A stretch of 64,000 nt of DNA from Cyanophora paradoxa CCMP329 (lineage: Eukaryota > Plantae > Glaucophyta), in the NCBI GenBank assembly GCA_004431415.1, contig QPMI01000565.1, positions 1 through 64,000 on the forward strand, written 5' to 3'. Made by a program: the position numbers and the translations under genes. How positions within the stretch are numbered: the first letter of the stretch is position 1; the number at the start of each line of letters is the position of its first letter. Shown here piece by piece: positions 34,382 to 44,570 of this stretch. A model generated the notes under the pieces. That model did not search any database and was not told the origin of the DNA. It worked only from the letters and a program-made list of their open reading frames with translations.

Positions 34382-34490
34382 ATTATTTTTCCCAGCATAT
34401 TACTAGGCTGGGATATGCTGTTTATTCGCTGAAATACTACTTTATCGTTTTTGTATCTGAACCACTCGATATATCATGTGGATAAATTTC

Positions 34491-34571
34491 GTAGGGATAC
34501 TTTCTCGATTTCCAACAAAAAATGATTGGGGACCCAAAACTACTTAAAGAAAAATCTTCTATATATATAAA
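34491..34571 (+). promoter_or_regulatory. Putative promoter of helicase B
   Basis: GTAGGGATACTTTCTCG (inverted 16/17 match to 12455-12471), CCCAAAACTACTTAA and TATATATAAA. Confidence 0.55.
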
Positions 34572-34591
34572 AGGGACCCCGATCGCTGAAA

Positions 34592-36918
34592 ATGAACGCC
34601 AAACAGACCAAGTTAATTAAATCGCTCGCTAACTGGCTTCGTTCTGATGAGGAACTTGCCAAAAACATGATTATCCCAGTGAAACCTGACAGCAAAGACC
34701 CAGTTTTCAAGCATAAGGGAGGTGCTTGGTCCTGGGAAAAGTATGAGGAAGCGCTGGCAACTAATCAGTATGTATCTTGGGGCATTCTGCTCTCAGACAA
34801 CATGATGGTTATTGACTTTGATGATGAGGAGGACTTTGAGAAATTCCGAGATATGTTTCCTGATGACTTTGATGCCAATCAACCCATGGCAAAAACTAAA
34901 AAAGGCTATCATGTCTACTTTAAACGACCTGAGGAGTTCAATAAACTCAAAATCACCGATAAGGCTCCAGGCTTTAAAGGCTTTGAAAAGGTTGACCTGA
35001 AAACAATCACTGGAACTGGAACTTCTGGATTGATCAATGTTTGTCCTAGTGTGAACAAGACTTGGGTGATTGCCCCATGGGATGATACCTGTGATTTCAA
35101 TGAGCCTACTGATGAGTTCAAAAAGTGGATTATAGACAACTATATCTATAAGAGTGAGTATACTGCTAATGCTACCTCACATGATGAATTGGAAAAGAGT
35201 ATTATGAAAGAGCTGGTGGATATGGGCTTTATGCATCCCAATATAATCTCTAAAACTGAACTGGGCTTTAACTTTGATGCTGCTAATAAGGGACTCAATT
35301 GCCCATGCTGCAATGGGTCACATGAATCGAATAACTGGTATGTTATGAAAGCCAAAGGGGAAGATAAAAAGTATATTGTGTCCAGCTACAGTGGCAATTG
35401 CAAAAAACGATTTATCTTCATTGGAATGCAATCTGATATCTTCAATCTCATTGATAAATCCGCTGGCTCTGGAGGCGCTCATTATGATGTCAGTCTTGTG
35501 TGCAAAGAGGTCCTACAACACACTTGGAGATACTCCAAAAAGTCATGGTTCAAACTCAATACTGATACTGGGATTTGGGAGCATGATGACACAAACCAAA
35601 AGATTTACCTAGATATTAGTTGCCTTGTTGTCCCTCAATACCTTGGCAGGGCTGTGCATTATAGCCAAAGAGCTTTGAAGGATGAAGAGAATAGAACAGC
35701 TTTCGAAGAGAAATCAAAAACATTAATTTCTATTGCCAAAAATCTTAAACAATCAGGATATCGCAAATCCCTTCTGACTGATCTGCTCCCTCTGCTAAAT
35801 GATGATGAATTCTATGAAAAGATTGATACAGTTCCATATGTAATTGGATTCGATAATGGTGTATTTGATCTGACAACTATGACTTTCAGAAAGGGTAAAC
35901 TGGAAGATATGGTGAGCAAGAGTGTGGGTTATGATTTTACTGAGAATGTAGACCCCAAGAAAGTGGAGCATCTCAATCAGATTTATAGAGAGATTGTAGA
36001 TGATCCAGCAGAGCGAAACTATCTTCTGGCATCTATTGCAATTGCTTTGAGTGGATCAACAAAATCACAGAAGTTCTACATGTGGACTGGTGCTGGTGCT
36101 AATGGTAAATCACTTGTTCAGGAATACTGCAAACAGATATCTGGGGCTTATTACAGCCCTCTCGAAATATCGTATTGGACCAAACCTAAGAAGAACTCAT
36201 CAGATGCTACCCCTGAACTTGCCAAACTCCTGGGAAAGCGACTTGTATTCAGTAATGAGGCTGAAGATGGTGATAAACTGCAAATTTCCAAAATTAAGGA
36301 GGTCACAGGTGGAAATGAAATGACTGTGAGAGCCTTGTTCAAAGACCCAGTAATCCTCACTCCAATGTTCCAGGTTTACATTACAACTAATGACAATTTG
36401 ACTATAAATAAACCAGACTTTGCAATTCAAAGAAGGCTTTCATACCAGAGATTCAATAATATATTCAGAGAGAAGCCTGAAGCTGGTCAAAAGAAAGCTG
36501 ACCCAACTCTGTTCACACTTCTTCACAATGATGATGAGTATAAGATGGCTCACATGAAGATATTACTGGATATGTGGAAGAACAAAGAAGTTGAAGAGAT
36601 CTTAAGAAATCCCCTCAATCGATTATTGAGCAGGGAATAAACTTTATAGCTGAAAATGACAAGATTGGTGAATGGCTTAGGGATAATTTCGAAGTTACCC
36701 ATAATGCAAACGACTTTGTTTCGAGTGATACCATTTACAAATCATACAGAAGTGTGGATGATAAAGTTGAATGTGTTTCTGTGATGAAGAGAGTAAGGGA
36801 AATCTTCAATGTGAAATCAGAGGTTAAACGAATTCAGGGAACCAGAGCAAGGGGCTACATTGGACTTCGAAAGATAACAAGGGTTCAAGAAGACAATGGA
36901 GAGGATGTTGAATATTAA
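34592..36918 (+). CDS. Bifunctional Prim-Pol plus D5/P4-family SF3 helicase (one frameshift near 36620)
   Basis: IPVKP..K.P, VIDFD and KTKKGYHVYF Prim-Pol motifs; CPCC..H zinc motif; D5_N-like IGFDNGVFDL; Walker A GAGANGKS. Confidence 0.88.
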
Positions 36919-36960
36919 ACAAAACGATTTATGATTGAAATGTATATTTAATTTTTATAG

Positions 36961-37071
36961 CCTTACTGGAAATGGTGTTGTTCACAGGTGTCACAGGTCC
37001 ATCCCATCTAGGGGGCTATAAAAAGAAAAATGACCAGGGGACGATAAAAACCTGTGAACACCTGTGACACC
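36961..37071. repeat. B-type iteron array (GTGTCACAG) in inverted arrangement after helicase B
   Basis: TCACAGGTGTCACAGGTCCATCCCA (36982-37006) is the exact reverse complement of 53195-53219. Confidence 0.8.
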
Positions 37072-37138
37072 TATCGAAAAAGACCAAAATTTGACAAGAA
37101 TACTTAAGGCTTACTTGATTGTGTATAGTGAAGACAAA

Positions 37139-37360
37139 ATGGCAAAGACTCTTGATGAGATGACCATGAGTGAGTTAGATAAATGCATAAAGCATGGAGA
37201 TATAGGGGCATATATCGAAATGTCACAGAGATTGATAGGTTACAATATGTATGCAGCTAAACCAAAGAGGAATAGATCAGTAAACATTCACATAACTGTT
37301 TCAGTGTCTGAAAATGCAAACAAAAAATTACAAAAGCATATTTACAAAAGTTATCTGTGA
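37139..37360 (+). CDS. Small hypothetical protein
   Basis: ATG ORF preceded by TACTTAAGG motif. Confidence 0.4.
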   Translation: MAKTLDEMTMSELDKCIKHGDIGAYIEMSQRLIGYNMYAAKPKRNRSVNIHITVSVSENANKKLQKHIYKSYL

Positions 37361-37699
37361 CTTGCAATTGATTGCAAGTATAAAGCCAATTCCTTTGTAT
37401 ATATTTTTATAGCTGCCTCAGTGGCATACTGAGACCGCTTTTGCTCAATTATCTTATAGACCTGGGGGTCCATTGCTACTATCAGTAGGCAAATAATATT
37501 TAATCGGTCTCCCTCTGGGTCTCTGCTCCTCTTTTTGGGCTTTTCTGCGATAATAGGATGCCAGGGCTTGCTGCTTTTTATACTCTCTATATTCTGGGTC
37601 CTCTCTATATCGTTTCTGCATTGCCAGAATGTGTCTTATAGACCCCTCAGTAACAGGTTTATCACTGGTAAACTCGATTAAACTAATAGTGTCCTCCAT
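37351..37699 (-). CDS. AT-hook-like small protein (homologue of 11636..11983, frameshifted)
   Basis: Near-identical N-terminal ~78 aa. Confidence 0.6.
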
Positions 37700-37955
37700 T
37701 TATATTCCCAGAGAAAACGTTTTCTGCTGGCAGAGAACTTCTCCTTGGATACTCCTGTTGCTCATATGTATACTCTGTGGGGTCTGCTGGCATTGACTCC
37801 ACAGAAACTGTTGATCTCCTTCTCTCTCTTGCCTCAGATACATTATCCTCAGTATCTGACATCTCAAACTCTATTGTTGTGTCACAGCATCCACTGTGGC
37901 AATTGCTTACCACATGCAGACTGAGCATCTCAATAAACTTTCGTATTATATCCAT
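37683..37955 (-). CDS. Conserved hypothetical protein
   Basis: Homologue of 11380..11652. Confidence 0.6.
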   Translation of the reverse strand: MDIIRKFIEMLSLHVVSNCHSGCCDTTIEFEMSDTEDNVSEARERRRSTVSVESMPADPTEYTYEQQEYPRRSSLPAENVFSGNINGGHY

Positions 37956-37977
37956 GTCTCTAATAAAACAGAGAAAA

Positions 37978-38712
37978 TTAAAGCCAAACTCGTCTTTTAT
38001 ATACTGTGGGAGCTACTCCCTTTTCTACTTCAGCTTTAGTGGCACCAGGTTCAATGGTTCCCTTTTGGGTCTTTGTTTTCATTTCATCTACTGCTTGCTC
38101 ATCGATTTGGTTCTCTTTCTTAGCAATAAACTGTTTATCTGGGACACCAGTAATGCCCATTTTATAAACTTCCTTTCGAAGCATCTCCTTTAGCTTGGCT
38201 CTCTCTTTCTTCTCAGTCACATACTGCTCCAAGGCACTGGATTTGGCTTCCAGATCTTTGAGTTTAGCAGTCATCTCATCCCATTGAGCCTTTGGAATTC
38301 GATGAATATTTTGAGTGGGAGCAGTCTTATATGTGACTTCACCAGCCATAGACTGGATTACCTTGTCTGATTCTTTACTGAGACCCTCACCTTTGCGAGC
38401 CAGTGATAGATCTTGCAAGCCTAAACCTTTATCATCAGCAGCACCAATAATTCGCCTGGCTCCCTCAGCTACAGCCTTCATCTTTGAGGCTTCAGGTGAA
38501 ATGTTGAGTTGGTCACTGGTTGAAGCCTGTGGGGCTTTGTCATCAAATGATTCCTCATAGGCAGCATTGAGGGGGTCTTCTTGTTGTTGAGAGGGCTTCA
38601 CTTCATTCATACCATTGAATTTCAGTGGGTCTGTGTTAATGGATCCATTGTTTCCACCACCTGAATAGCCAACAGCCCCAGCAGGGATCCCTATTTTTCG
38701 TTTGGGAGGCAT
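37978..38712 (-). CDS. Conserved hypothetical protein
   Basis: Homologue of 10623..11357. Confidence 0.7.
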   Translation of the reverse strand: MPPKRKIGIPAGAVGYSGGGNNGSINTDPLKFNGMNEVKPSQQQEDPLNAAYEESFDDKAPQASTSDQLNISPEASKMKAVAEGARRIIGAADDKGLGLQDLSLARKGEGLSKESDKVIQSMAGEVTYKTAPTQNIHRIPKAQWDEMTAKLKDLEAKSSALEQYVTEKKERAKLKEMLRKEVYKMGITGVPDKQFIAKKENQIDEQAVDEMKTKTQKGTIEPGATKAEVEKGVAPTVYKRRVWL

Positions 38713-38740
38713 TGTATCTTTATTAGAATGAGAGATAATT

Positions 38741-39523
38741 TTATAAACCGCGTTTATATCGCATCAATTTATTGCTATGGACTTGGCTTTTCACTTCTTT
38801 AGGGGCTTCCTCTTTCTCTGGAGGTTTCAGTTCATCTTCTTTCTTTTTTGGCTTTCTGTGGAAGCGAGGAAATGGGAAATCTTTCACAAGCTCAGCTTTA
38901 TCTACATAGTATTTAACTGAGTAGTTTGCAGAGGACCAAATAATATACTGATAGGAGTGAACATACTCTTCAAACATCTTGTAAAAATCCTCTTTATTTC
39001 GCATTATATTGTATTCTTCCTCTATGGCTTCCAGTTCTTTGCGATTTGCAGCACTTAAAAACATAGCATAGTCCGAATTAACTCGAATAGTCGAAGAGAC
39101 TTTCCTTAGCTTTTGTGTGATGCAGATAATGGATATTTTCGAATGGCGACCTCTGGAATACAGAGAGCCAATAATTTTATCACGAGTTAGGTCTACAATC
39201 TCATTATCTATAAGATCATCTAAAACTACACATAACTGGTTAACAGGTTGACCTTTTTCTATTTTCTCTTGCCTTTCATCTAGCAATTTAGCAATGTAAG
39301 GGGCATCCCATTTTCCCAGTTGCAATGTTGCAACTTTATCCCAGAAATGATTGAAGCTGGTTCCACTCACAACTAATACAACATCAATCTTTTTGGCATC
39401 ATGCAACTGCTTCAACCAATACTTTACAGCTTCTGATTTACCAGTTGCTGATTTTCCTATTGCCAGTACACGAAATGGTGGCTCTATCATTTCACCAGCC
39501 ACAAATTCATCCAAATCAGTCAT
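38741..39523 (-). CDS. A32/FtsK-like packaging ATPase
   Basis: GKSATGKS, VVLDDL, RGRH. Confidence 0.92.
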   Translation of the reverse strand: MTDLDEFVAGEMIEPPFRVLAIGKSATGKSEAVKYWLKQLHDAKKIDVVLVVSGTSFNHFWDKVATLQLGKWDAPYIAKLLDERQEKIEKGQPVNQLCVVLDDLIDNEIVDLTRDKIIGSLYSRGRHSKISIICITQKLRKVSSTIRVNSDYAMFLSAANRKELEAIEEEYNIMRNKEDFYKMFEEYVHSYQYIIWSSANYSVKYYVDKAELVKDFPFPRFHRKPKKKEDELKPPEKEEAPKEVKSQVHSNKLMRYKRGL

Positions 39524-39588
39524 TGTTGTATATCTTTCTTAATAAAGACATATAAAAATAATGCAGGGAGACTGAATATCGTCACAAT

Positions 39589-40957
39589 CTACAAATTTAT
39601 ACGACGAAGCCCATCTTTGTCCAAAATTATATAGGAATGCATGAGAGCGCGAACATTAACATCGATTACCTTATCTGAAGGCATGTACAGGGTGAGGAAT
39701 GAAGAGGAGGAATTTGTTAAATCAACATAACCAGACTGGGCAATATTTCGAATTGCCTTCTCTCCATCAATGCAGAAACTTAAACCTGAAAGGACATAGC
39801 GATCAGCAACCTTATCCATGTTAGAGCATTTGAAGGCATCAGCAATTAGCTCAGCACCTTTGAGTAGGGAAATTGGCTCAGTGGCAAAAAGTCGCTGACC
39901 ATTAATTTCAACAGTGAAAGTAATATCTTTGGAGTTGGCATAGGTCTTAAGAACACTGTGGGAGCCAGTGGATTTATCAACAGTTGCATTATCACGAACT
40001 GAAACAAGCAGAGCATAAACAAGACCTGAGATTTGAGAGAGGTTAATTCGATTGGGTTGGGCATTGCCCTTGGCAGGGAAAGCACTAGCATCTACAAATC
40101 CAATATCAAGGGAGGGAATAGCCATGCCAGTAGTCTTTACTTTTTCAATTACAGTAGCGAAAAGCTCATCAGAAACATTAATAGCATGCATGTAAAGGCG
40201 AGGAGAAGTAATAGAAATGACAGGGGTTGTTGCACCAAGAGTAAAGTCTGTGATGTTTTGACCAACATTTGCCAGAACAGTTTCAGCAGGGGCAGTTCCA
40301 AGACCATCATCTTTTGAATAATCTACATCAGCTGCTGCAACAGTAAGACCACGACCACCATAGGAAGTTTCAACATAACCCTTTCCAGCATCCTTAAACC
40401 AAACAGTAACAACCATTTCACCAGATAAAGCACCAAGGGAAGGTAGTGATTTAGCCAAGGCACAGGAATTTCAACGAAAAATGAGCCACCAAGGCGGTTG
40501 GTTCCATGAGCAGGAATGCCATGAACCATGCCCATTGATCGCTTCTTTTTAGCTAGTTGATCCTCCGAATAATAGACCAGGGGAAATGAGCAAGGAAATC
40601 AGATGGAATATGGTAGGTGTAAGATCCATAGGTAATTTCAAGTCGCTGAACTAAAGCACCAACTGGGCGAGTGTATCCATTGCGAACTAGGTCAGTATCA
40701 CCAGCAAAAGTGATGGCTGGAAGGTCGAAAGCAAGTTCGAGTTTTCCACAGAAATTGTAGCGAGGTAGCTTGAAGGAAATGCGATTTCCAACATTATTCT
40801 CAAAAGTATTGCTGGGATTCACAACAACTAGAACTGGCTTAGACTTGGATTCGAGACCAAGCATAAGGGAGTTATCCAGGAAAAAGGCTTTCGCCTCCTC
40901 TGGGGTTGTTAGGGCTTCTTTCAGCGAAAGTCTTTGAAGAGTGGAAGTGATATCCAT
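39589..40957 (-). CDS. Putative major capsid protein (frameshifted)
   Basis: Homologue of 7338..8702. Confidence 0.7.
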
Positions 40958-41009
40958 TATATTCTCTTTTATTATACTGCAACATAAAAATCTACCAATG
41001 ATCCTTAAT

Positions 41010-42019
41010 TTATGCGAAGCTTGTAATAACTGGATAGGAAGGGTGAAGCTGCGACATTCTCATCTTAAAGTATTCATAAACTGGGTCTCCTGCTGGCTCA
41101 TCACCATAGCGAATTTCAAAGGTCAGATGAACAGGTTGACCCTCAAAATCAATTGGTTCATTTACAGCATTAACAATATCAACCGAGAAAGTGGATAATC
41201 CAACCTTTTGTTATAGTATTTATAAAGTGGATGAGCCTCTGTTGAATTGTAAACAACATGCTCACCATAATCTTTGTCAGGAACCACTATTTTATGAAAG
41301 TAACCAGTCAGAAGACCATCCCCACATTGAACCAGATCACCCAGCTCCTTTACTCTCACAAACAAAACACTGTCCCTGGTCTTCTCAGGCTCAAAAGAAG
41401 ATATAATGCCATTCACTCGACCATCAGTAAAGATTCCATCAGTGAGAGCATCATAAACTTGGGATTTGATTGGGGAATTCCCATATCTTCCAGGATCAAG
41501 ACCAAGCAGTCTAGCTGAACTCAATAGCTTTTGGATTGTTTGTTGGCTTGGGTTTACAGCAAGTGAGAAAGCCAGGTAAAAAGGCACTGCCGAGTGGAAT
41601 ATAATTCGTTTCAGTGACTCATCCCATTTGCAGCGAATGGATGGTTGGGGAGTTCTGCCAATGAATTTTGAGTTGATTACATTCACCAGCTGTTGGTGGC
41701 TTTGGATGGGGGTCTCGCGATTTACCATGAATTGTTTCCATTGTTCAAAATCAGCAGCTGGGCGAGTTGTTGGAATTCCTGAGCTTCCAGCTCCTGGAGT
41801 TTGTTCCGAATAATAAATACTAAATGTGTTATCAACTGTGACATCTCCTGCTTTGGTTTCACCACTCACCATAGGGATGCTGTTATAAAATTCGGCTGAG
41901 ACCAGTCTCACAGCCCTCACATTCTCATAACTACTGGGGAGTCGAGCCACAAAGCTTGATGTTGGACCATCACCAGAGATTGTATTAAATGAGCTAACCT
42001 CGATGTAATCCACAGGCAT
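41010..42019 (-). CDS. Penton/minor capsid-like protein 2
   Basis: SSFVARLP..ENVRAVRLVSAEFYNS N-terminus; frameshift near the 3' end. Confidence 0.65.
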
Positions 42020-42048
42020 TCTTCTTTTATCTATATTTATATATTAAA

Positions 42049-42981
42049 ATGAATCGACTTGTTAATATTGATAGCAGGGATAGAAGCCAAGGACAAAATG
42101 AAAACTCTTACAGGGTCACCCTCACAACTCCAGTAGAGAGACCAAGGGAATGTAGGGTTCTCTATGCAGAGATTCCAAACAGTATCTATAACAGTGTGGG
42201 AACTGATCATCTAACAGTTCAGTTTAATTACCAAGATGGTTCATATAACCAAGTGATCACACAACAAGTGTATCCCCTTCCCAGTGGCTACATCAATCAG
42301 GGTCATTTTGGGGTAACACACCCTTATAATTATGGGCTGAACTATTCAAGCTTCCAAACCATTGCAGGCAAAACAGTAGCTTTTGAGTTCAAGATATTCT
42401 ACAATCCAACTACCTATAAAGTGGAGTTTTACAGTAATCATGAGTTTCGTTTTATTGCAAGCAACAAGCGAATAGGGAAGCTTTTGGGTGTGAGTTCTAC
42501 TGAATACACCACTGGGTATTATAGCACTCCTCCTGTTGGTGGATCTCCCTATCGACCTGAGAACCTTTTAAAGTATGATGGCAAACCTATTACACCTGAT
42601 CACCCAGCATGGGGAATCACCTTCTCAGGACCCAGACTCTCCTCTAAGCCCTTGCAATATTATTTTGACAGCAGGAAGATGTCTGATATGAATGCTGAGC
42701 AGTATCTGTACATGCATATTAAAGAGCTGTCCCCCTTTGCCAGCAGACACAATATAATTCCAAAATCGCAACCACAAAACCAGGGAGCTATCCTTAGATT
42801 GCAATTGAGTAAGGATATAGGGGGCTATGTTTACCATAGTGGTGAGCATGCAGAATTTATTCAAATCAATGACAGAAACCTGGTGATAAGGGAACTCACT
42901 GTGGAGTTTAAAGATTACTTTGGTGAACTGATTGATATGAATGGAATCGATAATTCTTTTCAGTTGGAGTTTATCGAATAA
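42049..42981 (+). CDS. Penton/minor capsid-like protein 1
   Basis: Intact 310 aa; IDSRDR..Y.V.L..AEIPNSIYN and terminal DMNGIDNSFQLEF. Confidence 0.75.
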   Translation: MNRLVNIDSRDRSQGQNENSYRVTLTTPVERPRECRVLYAEIPNSIYNSVGTDHLTVQFNYQDGSYNQVITQQVYPLPSGYINQGHFGVTHPYNYGLNYSSFQTIAGKTVAFEFKIFYNPTTYKVEFYSNHEFRFIASNKRIGKLLGVSSTEYTTGYYSTPPVGGSPYRPENLLKYDGKPITPDHPAWGITFSGPRLSSKPLQYYFDSRKMSDMNAEQYLYMHIKELSPFASRHNIIPKSQPQNQGAILRLQLSKDIGGYVYHSGEHAEFIQINDRNLVIRELTVEFKDYFGELIDMNGIDNSFQLEFIE

Positions 42982-44527
42982 AGGCACCTGTGAAATCAAC
43001 TCTCATTGTGGGAGCATTCACATACACAAGGGGATAAATGCGAATATATTTAATTCTGAGAGAAAAACCTATGTAAAAAGCATCCTTGATGCTGAGAGGG
43101 AACCCACTCAATAGAGCCATATCACCTGAGTTGTGAGCATTGTTAATGTTCTCACAGACATATATTTTGTTCTGCCCATCTGATCGAATAAAAGACCAGT
43201 TGATCCCATCAGTGGATGTTGCCACATTGAAAATCTTAATAAAAGCATTGGTGTCCCCTGATCCATAGGCAATCACAGAAGAGAGTTCAAAAGTATATGG
43301 GAAAGCAACTTGAAGGTATTCAGTGGGGGTTTCCCATATCTGCTCAGGAGCATAGGCTCCAGCTTCCCAGCCAAATGCTGAAGGTCTAGCCATGAAAGGC
43401 TCTTTACCAGTCACAGAGGATGAGGCAGTGAAGGCATCATCTGCAAGCTGATACCAATTAGCATCCAAAGGTGGTGATGTAGTGAGAGTGGATGAAATGT
43501 AAGCCTTTGAAGGGTTCTTTAGTTCATAGTTTGCTACTAGAAGGCTGCAAAGCTTATTGATCATATCATTGTTTGCTGCTATGTATGTTTCTGTGAAAGA
43601 AAGCATATCTGGGATTTTAGAAGTGTCATCAAGGGAGCTTACTATATGATTTGGAAGAGGTACTGATAGCCTGTAATATCTCCCATAATCCTGATCATAG
43701 TTGTAGGGTAACAACTCCTCCATCTTATCAAGGGCAGATAGCTCACTTGCAGCCATGAGCATGTTAATCAATGGGCTTCCATCTGTTGAGGCAATCCATG
43801 AGAGAATGCCCCAGCTGTTGACAGTCTCATAAGCATAACCCACATAATCAGACTCTAAATGTGGGTCCACCTCTCCACAAGAGATACTTATTACTATAAT
43901 GTCATCATCATCACTGTAAATCTTCTTTGCATGGCTGTAACCACACACACTGGGATTATTGTTTCCCGAAATGGCACCATCAATGAGACAGACATATACT
44001 CCCCGATTGAAATCAACAATGCTTACAGGAGAGAAATATGTAGGAGCAGCAGAAGTAGCCCTAGCAGCAATCTTACAAGGCATAAAGTTGTAATTGTTAT
44101 CATTTGTGATAAATATTGGTTTCATATTCTGAGTATCAAAGGATGTAATCACAATGTCCTTTAGGGAATCCTGTATTAGTGATTCACCAGTCACAGAATA
44201 GATTGCAGTTTCCAATGGTCCCACATCATACTTTGTGTTAAATAGGGCATTTTCAATGATATTTCGAGGATTTGCGAAAATCAAGGGCAGTTGAGTTAGG
44301 TAAATATTGTGTAAATCGTTTGCTGTCAGTTTAGGTTCACCTGGTTTATCAGGATGCCTTATATTCAAACCTATTGCAATGATCCCACCAGTGGAAGTTC
44401 CACTCACAAGATCCACAAGATCGATTATTCTCCTGCCAGTTCGATTTTCGATTTCTTTTAGCAGCCTGGTTATGATAATGCCCCTTGCACCCCCGCCAGA
44501 AAGACTTAAAACGACCTTGAGAGGCAT
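42971..44527 (-). CDS. Patatin-like phospholipase fused to discoidin (F5/8C)-like domain
   Basis: Intact 518 aa; GGGARG/GTSTG/DGA; EYLQV..STDGINW..YIRIYP..MRVDFTG. Confidence 0.88.
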   Translation of the reverse strand: MPLKVVLSLSGGGARGIIITRLLKEIENRTGRRIIDLVDLVSGTSTGGIIAIGLNIRHPDKPGEPKLTANDLHNIYLTQLPLIFANPRNIIENALFNTKYDVGPLETAIYSVTGESLIQDSLKDIVITSFDTQNMKPIFITNDNNYNFMPCKIAARATSAAPTYFSPVSIVDFNRGVYVCLIDGAISGNNNPSVCGYSHAKKIYSDDDDIIVISISCGEVDPHLESDYVGYAYETVNSWGILSWIASTDGSPLINMLMAASELSALDKMEELLPYNYDQDYGRYYRLSVPLPNHIVSSLDDTSKIPDMLSFTETYIAANNDMINKLCSLLVANYELKNPSKAYISSTLTTSPPLDANWYQLADDAFTASSSVTGKEPFMARPSAFGWEAGAYAPEQIWETPTEYLQVAFPYTFELSSVIAYGSGDTNAFIKIFNVATSTDGINWSFIRSDGQNKIYVCENINNAHNSGDMALLSGFPLSIKDAFYIGFSLRIKYIRIYPLVYVNAPTMRVDFTGAFIR

Positions 44528-44570
44528 CTTTTACTTATCAGGAATTTTATAAATCCATATAGTAAAAGCC

